Of a stretch of 39,292 bases of DNA, positions 1-9,242 are shown in pieces (the stretch's first letter is position 1; every line of letters starts with the position of its first letter). The notes below the pieces were generated by a model. The model was not told where the DNA came from, made no database searches, and was given only the letters and a program-made list of their open reading frames with translations. The stretch lies in the NCBI RefSeq assembly GCF_001194135.2, contig NC_068981.1, positions 135,271,843-135,311,134 of the forward strand. The letters are read 5' to 3'. Made by a program: the position numbers and the translations under genes. This DNA is from Octopus bimaculoides (taxonomy: Eukaryota).

Positions 1-420
1 TACATTGAGGAGCTTGGTTCCGGTGCCACCCAGACCCCGGCGGAAAGAATCCTCTATCCACTCGGGCTTTATTCCAGGCGGCAACCCGCAGACCCAAGCC
101 CTCGTTATTTTTTGTCCACAATATGTGGGAAGAAACAAAATTTCTTTGCCCTCAATGGGCCCACTCGCAAATTTGCGAGCTTCACCCAGGGAGTCAAAAA
201 GCAACCACACGGTTGCATATTTGACTCCCCTTGAAATATATTTAAAGTTGGCATTAACATTCGTAAGTTCCTTTTCAATAATAGTTTGAGGAAAGACAGT
301 GACGCTATCCAACACCTTTGAGTAGGTTCGGAGCGTCACTGTTCTTTCCTCCATTTCTTTCAACCACTGTTTGGGTGGGCACAGTTCCCACTCCAAGACA
401 TGGTTTCCCTTTTTTGCCAT
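1..420 (-). CDS. N-terminal 140 aa of a non-LTR retrotransposon ORF1 (RRM-like, L1/Tx1-like); open to the window edge
   Basis: ATG at 420-418, no stop down to base 1: MAKKGNHVLEWELCPPKQWLKEMEERTVTLRTYSKVLDSVTVFPQTIIEKELTNVNANFKYISRGVKYATVWLLFDSLGEARKFASGPIEGKEILFLPTYCGQKITRAWVCGLPPGIKPEWIEDSFRRGLGGTGTKLLNV. The motifs 'ATVWLLFDS' and 'AWVCGLPPGIKPEWI' resemble tandem RRM-like segments of LINE ORF1 proteins. Clade assignment is inference. Confidence 0.75.
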   Translation of the reverse strand, partial: MAKKGNHVLEWELCPPKQWLKEMEERTVTLRTYSKVLDSVTVFPQTIIEKELTNVNANFKYISRGVKYATVWLLFDSLGEARKFASGPIEGKEILFLPTYCGQKITRAWVCGLPPGIKPEWIEDSFRRGLGGTGTKLLNV

Positions 421-1007
421 GCTTACAAAAAAAAATGTTCAACAAAAATGTTCAGAAAATAGTTCACAAACAAGTTCAACAAAAAAATTCACAAAAACAA
501 ACTAAATACAAAAGAACAGAAGACAGAGCAGAGAAAAGGAAAGAAGGAAGACAGTTTAAGTCAAGGCAACACAATTCCGGCCACCAGCAATACCTATAGG
601 TATTCCAATAAAGGCGTTCCAATAACGGTACTCCAAAATAAAAGTATTCCAGTAAAGGTATTCCAATAAAGGTAATCCAGGGCCACAGCAGCAAAATTTT
701 CACAAGTTTTTTGGAGGTGAGATACGCCCACAAAAACAACAATTCTCGCACAGCGAGACACAAAAAGTTTTCTTCACTCAAAGTTGCTTTTTTTTTTTTT
801 TTTTTTTTTTTGCTCAAAGTCAAAACAAAAATTTTCGCTACTGTGGGCAAGCGAACCCACCTCCCACAAACAGCGAATACAAAATTTGTTCGTACAACGA
901 ACAAACAAAAAACTCGCCAAGGAAAGTGAAGATGCCACACCGCTGGACAACAATTTACTAAAAAAATAAATAGAAGCAATAAATTGCTGCCCAGCTGAGC
1001 AACAAAA
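421..1007 (-). mobile_element. Putative 5' UTR of the LINE
   Basis: Lies directly upstream of the ORF1 ATG. T-rich on the sense strand, with an internal A24 tract (T-run 788-811) and a 14-16-bp tandem array (599-679). Ends at a SINE-head stub at 1008. Confidence 0.6.
599..679. repeat. Tandem array of five-plus 14-16-bp units (GGTATTCCAATAAA consensus)
   Basis: ggtattccaataaa / ggcgttccaataac / ggtactccaaaataaa / agtattccagtaaa / ggtattccaataaa / ggtaatcca. Confidence 0.9.
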
Positions 1008-1026
1008 ACCACACAGCCACTCCTGC
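1008..1026 (-). repeat. 19-nt stub of the tRNA-derived SINE head (A-box)
   Basis: Reverse complement gcaggagtggctgtgtggt is identical to the SINE starts at 1929-1947 and 24109-24091. Confidence 0.8.
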
Positions 1027-1214
1027 GACACTTTTTCTCCAAAAAAAGTCTCAAAAATTCACATAGGTCCTATACATGAATTTAGGCTTTCCATAAGCTT
1101 TAATATATTAACTTTTTTTTCCCCCCTGAATATGCTCTGCTGAAAAATAGGATGCATCTAATATGCCCACTTGTCTTTTATACTATCAAATATATGTTAA
1201 TTTTTGAAGTATGA

Positions 1215-1603
1215 GCATAATTGTGTGGTAACAAGTTTGCTTTCCAACCACATGGTTTTAGGTTCAGTCCCACTGCATGGCACCTTGGACAAGTGTCTTC
1301 TACTATTGTCCTGGGATGACCAAAGCCTTGTGAATGGATTGGATAGGCAGAATGGAAAGCTTATCATATATGTGTGTATGTGTGTGTGTGTGTGTATGCA
1401 TGTCTATTGTGTATGTGTGTGTTACTCCTTGTGTGATATTTATAAACAATTGTTACCATCATGTCTGGTGATGGAGAAGTATCATCTTACTTGGAAACAG
1501 TTGGTGACAGGAAGCATATCTAGCCATAGAAAAAGCCTCAACAAATTCTGTCCAATGCATGCAAGCTTTAAAAAGTGGGTATTAATAAATAATGATGATA
1601 ATG
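1215..1603 (+). mobile_element. tRNA-derived SINE (head type 1 + core + (TG)n + RTE-like tail type 2)
   Basis: A-box tgtgtggtaa, B-box ggttcagtccc, core ggcaccttggacaagtgtcttctac, tail ending atgcaagc...aatgatgat. Confidence 0.85.
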
Positions 1604-1928
1604 AGCTCTCAGAATAACCCAATAACATATTCCAGGAGATTATTTAGCATTTGAGGCAAGATTTATGATTCAGTAACCTATTTCAGAAGTGTATTGTACA
1701 GATTAATATATGAACAAGGACTCAACAGATCTGTTTCAGGAGTATTTTAGTGTTTGAAATATGAGGCTTTCATTAGGTTAATAATAATTAACCTAATTTT
1801 CGATATGTTGTTGCATTTCAACATTCATTTTATTTCCAAATGGTTTGGAATTTTCTTTAAAAAGCATGTTCTTTCATGATCGAAATCATATACTGCTTAG
1901 TTGATTCATAAGTTTACTGTTAATAGAT

Positions 1929-2319
1929 GCAGGAGTGGCTGTGTGGTAAGAAGCTTGCTTCCCAACCTCACGGTTCCAGGTTCAGTCCCACTGGGTGGCA
2001 CCTTGGGTAAGTGTATTTTATTATAGCCTCTGGCCAACCAAAGCCTTGTGAGTGGATTTGGAAGACAGAAATTGAAAGAAGCTCGTCATATATACATACA
2101 TGTGTGTGTGTGTGTGTGTTCCCCCCCCCTCACCATTGCTTGACACCAATGTTGGTGTGTTTATGTCCCCCGTAACTTAGTGGTTCGGCAAAAGAGTCCA
2201 ATAGAATAAGTACTAGGCTCACAAAGAATAAGTCCTGGGGTTGATTTGCTCGACTAAAGGCGGTGCTCCAGCGTGGCCGCAGTCAAATGACTGAAACAGG
2301 TAAAAAAAATAAAAGAATA
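1929..2319 (+). mobile_element. Full-length tRNA-derived SINE (head type 1 + core + (TG)n + tail type 1)
   Basis: gcaggagtggctgtgtggtaag...ggttcagtccc...ccttgggtaag...(TG)n...gtaacttagtggttcggcaaaagag...gtcaaatgactgaaac; homologous to 23731-24109 and 30731-31180. Confidence 0.92.
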
Positions 2320-2414
2320 GTCATATCTGTGATTCTGTTTATGGAAACAAAGTTATGAACATATGCATCTAATGCACAATCCAAATTGTTTAAATACCTG
2401 ATCTGTTATATATT

Positions 2415-3043
2415 GATGGATAGCCTAGTGGTTATGGCATTGGTCTCCTGATCATAATGTTGCAGGTTCAGTTCTTCAACTAGGAAATGATGATATTTGT
2501 ATTCGCTGTTTGTGGGAGGCGGGTTTGCTTGCCCACAGTAGCGAAAATTTTTGTTTTGACTTTGAGCAAAAAAAAAAAAAAAAGCAACTTTGAGTGAAGA
2601 AAACTTTTTGTGTCTTACTGTGCGAGAATTGTTGTTTTTGTGGGCGTATCTCACCTCCGAAAAACTTGTGAAAATTTTGCTGCTGTGGCCCTGGATTACC
2701 TTTATTGGAATACCTTTACTGGAATACTTTTATTTTGGAGTACCTTTATTGGAATGCCTTTATTGGAATACCTATAGGTATTGCTGGTGGCCGGAATTGT
2801 GTTGCCTTGACTTAAACTGTCTTCTATATATGTATGTGCGTATGTGTTTGTCCCCCCAACATCGCTTGGCAACCGATGCTGGTGTGTTTACATCCCCGTA
2901 ACTTAGCGGTTTGGCAAATGAGACTGATAGAATAAGTACTAGGCTTCCAAAGAATAAGTCCTGGGGTCTATTTGCTCGACTAAAGGCGGTGCTCCAGCAT
3001 GGCCGCAGTCAAGTGACTGAAACAAGTAAAAGAGTAAAGAGTA
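2415..3043 (+). mobile_element. Composite: tRNA-like head (2415-2480) + LINE 5' UTR fragment (2496-2824) + SINE tail type 1 (2825-3043)
   Basis: A-box tagcctagtggtta and B-box ggttcagttc; the middle is the reverse complement of 547-883; the tail matches 2120-2319. Confidence 0.8.
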
Positions 3044-3240
3044 ATGTCTTCTAGCCTTTGTTAGATGGCTGTGAGGTTAATGCTAATTCTTTCATAAATA
3101 AAGGCTTCTATATGGTGTTTGTTGCTGTACTAAGCCTACAAGGAAGCTTTATTGAATACAATGGGATCCTAAAAAGGGCCAAATGGTATAATGACTATAA
3201 CATTGGGACTATAACAATCATATTGAGGACACTAGTTCTA

Positions 3241-3684
3241 TCATTATCATCATCATCATCATCGTTGTTGTCATTTTAACATCCACTTTTCTATGCTTGC
3301 ATGAGTCAAATGGAATTCATTGAGGCAGGTTTTCTATAGCCAGATGCTCTTCCTGTTACCAACCATTCTCTGTTTCCAAGCAAGCTAATATTTTTCTATG
3401 AATGGATATGATTTCACAGAAGATGGGAAAAGAATAACATGACACTCGTTTACAATTATCTTGTGATGACAAGACAAGGAGACATAAACACATACAAACA
3501 CACACCCGTACATACATATACACAGTATTCTTCTTTCAGTTTCCAGTCTACTTAATCCACTCACATAGCTTTGGTCAGCCCAGAGCTATAGTAGAAGACA
3601 TTTGCCTAAGGTGCCACACAATGGAACTGAACCCAAAGCCATGTGGTTGGGAAGCAAACTTCTTAACCACATAGCCCTGTCTGC
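3241..3684 (-). mobile_element. tRNA-derived SINE (head type 1, tail type 2)
   Basis: (CAT)n tail, catccacttttctatgcttgcatg, ccaaggtgccac core, ggaactgaaccc B-box on the minus strand. Confidence 0.85.
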
Positions 3685-3776
3685 ATTGCTATTAATGTAC
3701 TATAATTGTTCTTAATTTTTTAAACAATAATTGCTTCTAAGTCAAAACACTATATAATAATCTTTCCTATTATAAG

Positions 3777-3938
3777 CAGAGGGCTTGAAATTTTGGGGGA
3801 AGAGGGCACAGTTGGTTACATCAACCCTGAAAGGATGAAAAGCAAAGTCAGCTTTGGCAGAATTTGAACTCAGAATATAAAGACGAAATACCACTAAACA
3901 TTTTGTCTGGCCTGCTAACAAGTCTGCCAGTTCACTAC
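3777..3938 (-). mobile_element. SINE family B fragment
   Basis: Reverse complement of ggtagtgaactggcaga...ttctgagttcaaattctgcc...ctttcatcctttcaggg. Confidence 0.75.
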
Positions 3939-5017
3939 CACATAGCGTATTATAATAATAATTCCATTCCTTATTTCAGAATTCAGACGAAATTGGCCTG
4001 ATTTACATCAAACATCTTTGTCCTTTAAACAAATGAACAATTATTTAGACTGTGTACATACAGCTGCATACATATATGTCTACACACACATACACAGGAC
4101 TTCTGCACAATTTTCCTCTACCAACCTAAACTCACAAGGCATTATTTAGCCAATATAAGACTATGATAAGAGACACTTGACTGAGATGTGGCACAAGGGT
4201 ATTGAACCCAGAACCATGTAGGTATGAAGTGAACATCTTAACAACACAGCCATGCTTAAAACTATCACATTTTCAAAAAATATTCTTGAGTACATTATAT
4301 TTATTCCAACCATTTTTCCATTGCCTTATTACCCTAACTTCATTAAATAATACATTTTGAAATAATAATGCTTCTATTTAAATAAACCAAATACAACAGC
4401 TTCCTGTTTTTTATTTTCTGTTTCTGTTTGTTTTTCTGTCATTGAAAGCTTCATTGACATCACAACGTTTGTCTTTGTTTAATAAACTCTTGGTTGAACT
4501 AAAAACAATATCACTAGCTTGAAATAAGTCTTTTATGATTGCAAGAAAACTCTGCTTCATTTTTACTCTTTTAATCCGCTGTCTCTTATTCGTTTCATTC
4601 ATTGGATGCGGCCATGCTGGAACACTGCCTTGAAAGGTTTGGGTGAACAAATCAACACCAGTACTTCTTTTCAAATCTGGATCTTATTCTCTTGATCTCT
4701 TTTGCTGAACCATAAATTTTTTTCTGGCACTGAATATGTGTCAGGAAGAAAATTAGCTTATTTCTTCCTGATACATTAGTCCAACATCACATATATGACC
4801 AGGGGTAATTTCTTTTTTGAAACATTTTTTGGAAAAAAAGTGTGTCTTATATGTTATCCAATATATTACTTCAGATGGGTTTCATTAATGCTAGTCAATG
4901 TGACCACCATATAACTTATGTTTCAATATCAGCAAGTAAGTGTGCAAATCTGGCAAAGGTCTTACTCCATTTCGTTTTTGTATCTGGTTTGCAAGATCCT
5001 TTATGTGAATTTGTGAG

Positions 5018-5314
5018 TTGAAACAAGTTTTGTTGTGTCTAGGGAGAGTCATCATGCTAATACAATTAACACACACACTCATTCATTAAATTTCTTTTTG
5101 TTTTTGTCAAAGCTCCTTCATTGCCTTTTTGCAACCTTCTCAGTGACTATTGATACTCACTAACAAGGTTGCAAAAAAGCAATGAAAGAACTTTGACAAA
5201 AAAAAAAAAAAAAAAAAAAATTGGCTATTTAATAAATGAGTGGAATTGAGCCAGTGTGTGTGTTAATTATATTGGCATGATGACTCTCCCAAGGCATAAC
5301 AAGATCTTATTCAA
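5018..5314. repeat. ~300-bp foldback palindrome (MITE-like)
   Basis: Arm 5018-5146 is the reverse complement of arm 5157-5314 (gggagagtcatcatgc, aattaacacacacact, tttgtcaaag, ttgcaacctt); ~10-nt loop; the right arm carries a poly-A expansion and a short insertion. Confidence 0.85.
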
Positions 5315-5344
5315 TTATCATTTTTTAAGTTTTTATCATAAAGT

Positions 5345-5740
5345 GCAGGCATGACTGTGTGGTTAAGAAGTTTGCTTCCCAACCAGATGGTTTTGGATTC
5401 AGTCTCACTGCTTGGCACTTTGGGCAAAAGTCTTCAACTATAGCCCCAGGCCAACCAATACTTTGTGACTAAATTTTTTAGATAGAAACTGAAAGAAGCC
5501 TGCCATTTTTATGTATATGTATGTATGTTTGTATGTATCCTTGTCTGGGCATAACCATTATATAAGTACTGTTGTTAATTTCTAGTTTTCAATAAAATAC
5601 ATGTCTAACCATAGGAGAAATATTACTTTGCATGGAAACAGGTGAGAGTTGGCAACAGGAAGAACATCCCACCATAGAATGTCTGCCTCAATAAACTCTG
5701 TCCCACCCATGCAAGGTGGACGTTAAATGATAATGGTGAT
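5345..5740 (+). mobile_element. tRNA-derived SINE (head type 1, tail type 2)
   Basis: gcaggcatgactgtgtggttaag head; ggaaacaggtgagagttggcaacagg...gtggacgttaaatgat tail. Confidence 0.85.
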
Positions 5741-6345
5741 TATAGAATGTCATAAAACAGCTGCTTAAAATTCTTCATTCTTTTATTTTCTGTTTTTCTT
5801 TTCTGTAACAGTTCATCAAAGAAAATATCTCTTTTTGTTTTTTTTCTGCATTTTCTTCTCCATTGAAAACTTACATTAAACATGAATCTATCAATCAGTT
5901 ACAACACATCTCAACAAATTTTCAATTACCACTATCATATTCACGATTAATTATATTTCTATGTCAGTTGGTTTTTCTTCCAGTATGTGTATGAGTTTAA
6001 TACAAATAGCCATTTATTCTATTTTTACAACATTACTTCATGTCTTTTTTGTTTCTTAAAGATTGAATAAATCTTTAACATTTAAATTCTTCTTTTAGAA
6101 GTTCTTGATCAATATTTAACTAACGAATTTTCAATTGATAAATATTTGCAGTTAATATATGCTAACTTTTAATATTGATTTTTTCATTAAACAGGAACCA
6201 CTTCATCAAAATCTGTCCTTTCTATCAGTTTTATCATTATACAGGGGAAGGTGGAAAGAATTATTAGAAAATGATACTGAATTGTCCTATACCCAGTTTT
6301 AGAATATATACATATACACAAACACAAACATATAAATATATATAA

Positions 6346-6670
6346 TCACCATCATCATTGTTTTAACATCCACTTTTCCATGCTTGCCTGGATAGGACAA
6401 AGTTTATTGAGGCAGATTTTCTACAACTGGATGCCCTTCTTGTCACCAACCTTTACCTGTTTCCACGCAAGGTAATATTTTCACATGGCCAGTCCTGTTT
6501 TCAGAGAATATTGGAAATGAATGGCATTCATTTACAACAATCATGCTATGTCAACACAAGGAGGCACAAACATACACACACTCACACTCACATACATATA
6601 TATACACATATACAATAAGCTTCTTCCAGTTTCTATCTACTATATCTACTGAAAAGGTTTTGGTTGGCCT
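6346..6670 (-). mobile_element. Headless SINE (tail type 2 + core), cut at the mariner insertion
   Basis: catcatc...catccacttttccatgcttgcc tail; the core stops at the (TA)n just before the mariner TIR. Confidence 0.7.
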
Positions 6671-6678
6671 TATATATA

Positions 6679-7627
6679 TGGTTGGCAACTAAGTTCCCGC
6701 TGTTTTTTAAAATTTTGGAATTTATTGCGTTTTTAAATTTTGGAATCTACTTTTTTCGAGAATTCTAGTTTTGAATCATTTTGGAATCTATTTTGTTTTT
6801 CTTTCTAGTTAATTTTAGTTAATTTTTGTTTATTTTCAGATCATTAAAATGGAATGTCAAGTTAAAAAAAAACAAGCATTTTTGACACCTCCTTCTTTTT
6901 GCTTTTAATTAAGGTTCTATGGTCACAAAAGCTGCTTGTGACATTTGTGCTGTGTATGGAGTGGGTGCTATAGCTGAAAGAACCACTCGTGATTGGTATG
7001 CCAAGTTCAAAAATGGAAATTTTGACCTCAAAGACGCACCTCGTTCTGGCCGTCCAGTTGAGTTCGATAAAGATCGATTAAACTAACTTTTGCACGAAAA
7101 TTCTCGTCAAACAACAAGGGAATTGGCAGAAAAAATGGAATGCTCCCACACTGCTACAAAGAAGCATCTTCACTTGATGGGAAAGGTTCAGAAGTATGGA
7201 GCATGGGTTCCTCATACTTTAAGTGACAACAACAAAAATCAATGAGCCATAATCTCCGCTGGTTTGCTTGCTCGTCACTGCTCAACTTATGGACACAAGC
7301 AACAATTTCTTTACCGAATCGTTACTGGTGACAAAAAAATGGTGCCTGTACATCAATATGAAGCAGTGTAAGGCATGGCTTAGCCCTGGTAAACAAGCGA
7401 CAACACGCGTGAAACAAGATCTTCATCCACATAAAACAATGTTGTGCGTATGGTGGGACTGGGAAGGAATTATCCATTACAAATTGCGTGAACGGAACCA
7501 AACAGTCAACGCAGAACTCTATGTTCAACAGATGGAACGATTCAACATGGCTATTCAAGAGAAAAGATCTAATTGGCAGCATGGAGTTCTGCTGCACAAC
7601 AATGCTCGCCCTCATATCGCCAAAAAT
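6679..7627 (+). pseudogene. 3'-truncated mariner element with defective transposase
   Basis: TA + TIR tggttggcaactaagt. ATG at 6849. Motifs WYAKFKNGNFDLKDAPRSGRP, WVPHTL, IVTGD(fs)KW, LCVWWDWEGIIHY, LHNNARPH. Has stops and frameshifts; no YSPDLAP or right TIR. Confidence 0.95.
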
Positions 7628-7683
7628 TAGAAATGATCTAATTATAAATCTATAGAAATTAGAAATGATCTAATTATAAATCT
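7624..7683 (+). repeat. 28-bp direct duplication at the mariner truncation point
   Basis: aaattagaaatgatctaattataaatct at 7624-7651 and 7656-7683. Confidence 0.9.
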
Positions 7684-8649
7684 CACAGAGAGAATTAAGC
7701 AGCAGTGTTATGATAAAGCAGTTGTATACTGTCAACTTAATGTGACAGTCCCAATAAAGGAATCATACTGCTGTTATTTAGCCCTAGGAAGCTGGACCGT
7801 GTCCTGTCGGCCTTGACATGTATACACACTCATATGGTGGATTCAATTTGATCAATTACCTTGGATTCATTATCATCATCATCTAACATCTGCCTTCGAT
7901 GCTGGCATGGGTGGGACCATGCTCAAAATATATTTTCTGCCATGGATTATACAGAATATATGTTTGCCGCCAAAGTACTTTCTTTTCACTAAGCTTCTGT
8001 TATACGTCTTTTAATCCAACATTTGAGTAATTTACTTTATTGCATTCAAACAACATCTGGTGTCTATCAACCAAGAGTGATGTTCAACTTAACAAATTAA
8101 GACTCTCTGAAGAAAATCAGCTGGTCTTCTGTAAAACATGTTAACAAACATGTATTTCTGTATGTATTTATCTTTTGACTTTTATTTGTTTCAGTCATTC
8201 AACAGTGTCTTTAAGGGTTTTCGTCAAATAAATTGACCCCTGTACTTATATATCTATTTCTAAATCTGGTACTTATTCTATCTGCCTCCTTTTGTTGAAC
8301 TGCTCAGTTATGGAACATAAAGAATGCAATACAGTTTCCAAGCAGTGGGAGGGGTGATAAATACAGGCACAAAGGCACACACTGGGAGTGAGACACTCAC
8401 CAGCTTTTGTTAAAGCATGTCTCTAGGAGATGGTCTGTCTAAGAAAAAAAAAAAGGTTCCAGGTTCAGTCTCACTGCGTGGCACCTTGGGCAAGAGTCTT
8501 CTACTATAGCCTCGGGCTGACCAAAGCCTTGTGAGTGGATTTGGAAGATGGAAACTGAAAGAAGCCCATCATGTGTATGTATGTGTATATATATATATAT
8601 ATATATATAGTTCAAAAACACAATAACAAAAAAACAAAAAAACAACAAA

Positions 8650-8793
8650 GTGAGGACGTGATATGGATAGTATTATTGGACGCTCAGGAAAGGAAAGAGA
8701 GAGTGTATGACGTTTCGGGCGTAGCCCATTGTCGGAAAGATGGAAAGTTCGGAGAATGGAAGAACGGAGAAAGAGGAAAATGGTACCGATGCC
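8650..8793 (-). mobile_element. Probable Penelope-like element terminus with hammerhead-like motif
   Basis: Minus strand: ccgacaa-t-gggc-tac-gccc-gaaa-cgtca...tgagcg-tc. Resembles the C(T/C)GANGAAGGG...CCCGAAACGTC termini of Penelope-like elements. Runs into the gap. Confidence 0.55.
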
Positions 8794-9242
8794 NNNNNNN
8801 NNNNNNNNNNNNNNNNNNNNNNNNNNNNNNNNNNNNNNNNNNNNNNNNNNNNNNNNNNNNNNNNNNNNNNNNNNNNNNNNNNNNNNNNNNNNNNNNNNNN
8901 NNNNNNNNNNNNNNNNNNNNNNNNNNNNNNNNNNNNNNNNNNNNNNNNNNNNNNNNNNNNNNNNNNNNNNNNNNNNNNNNNNNNNNNNNNNNNNNNNNNN
9001 NNNNNNNNNNNNNNNNNNNNNNNNNNNNNNNNNNNNNNNNNNNNNNNNNNNNNNNNNNNNNNNNNNNNNNNNNNNNNNNNNNNNNNNNNNNNNNNNNNNN
9101 NNNNNNNNNNNNNNNNNNNNNNNNNNNNNNNNNNNNNNNNNNNNNNNNNNNNNNNNNNNNNNNNNNNNNNNNNNNNNNNNNNNNNNNNNNNNNNNNNNNN
9201 NNNNNNNNNNNNNNNNNNNNNNNNNNNNNNNNNNNNNNNNNN
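8794..9242. other. Assembly gap (N run)
   Basis: Uninterrupted Ns. Confidence 1.

Noticed and set aside
5-289. Plus-strand 94-aa ORF
   Set aside because: Antisense shadow of the minus-strand ORF1, with no recognisable motif.
599-679. Short repeat arrays as possible CRISPR (also 22825-22877, 12985-13130)
   Set aside because: Head-to-tail units with no unique spacers, no cas genes, eukaryotic context.
4411-6260. Protein-like Lys/Asn-rich minus-strand snippets (4411-4560, 5760-6250)
   Set aside because: Short, frequently stopped, no recognisable motif; compatible with AT-rich composition alone.
7322-7615. Minus-strand 97-aa ORF
   Set aside because: Antisense to the mariner transposase.
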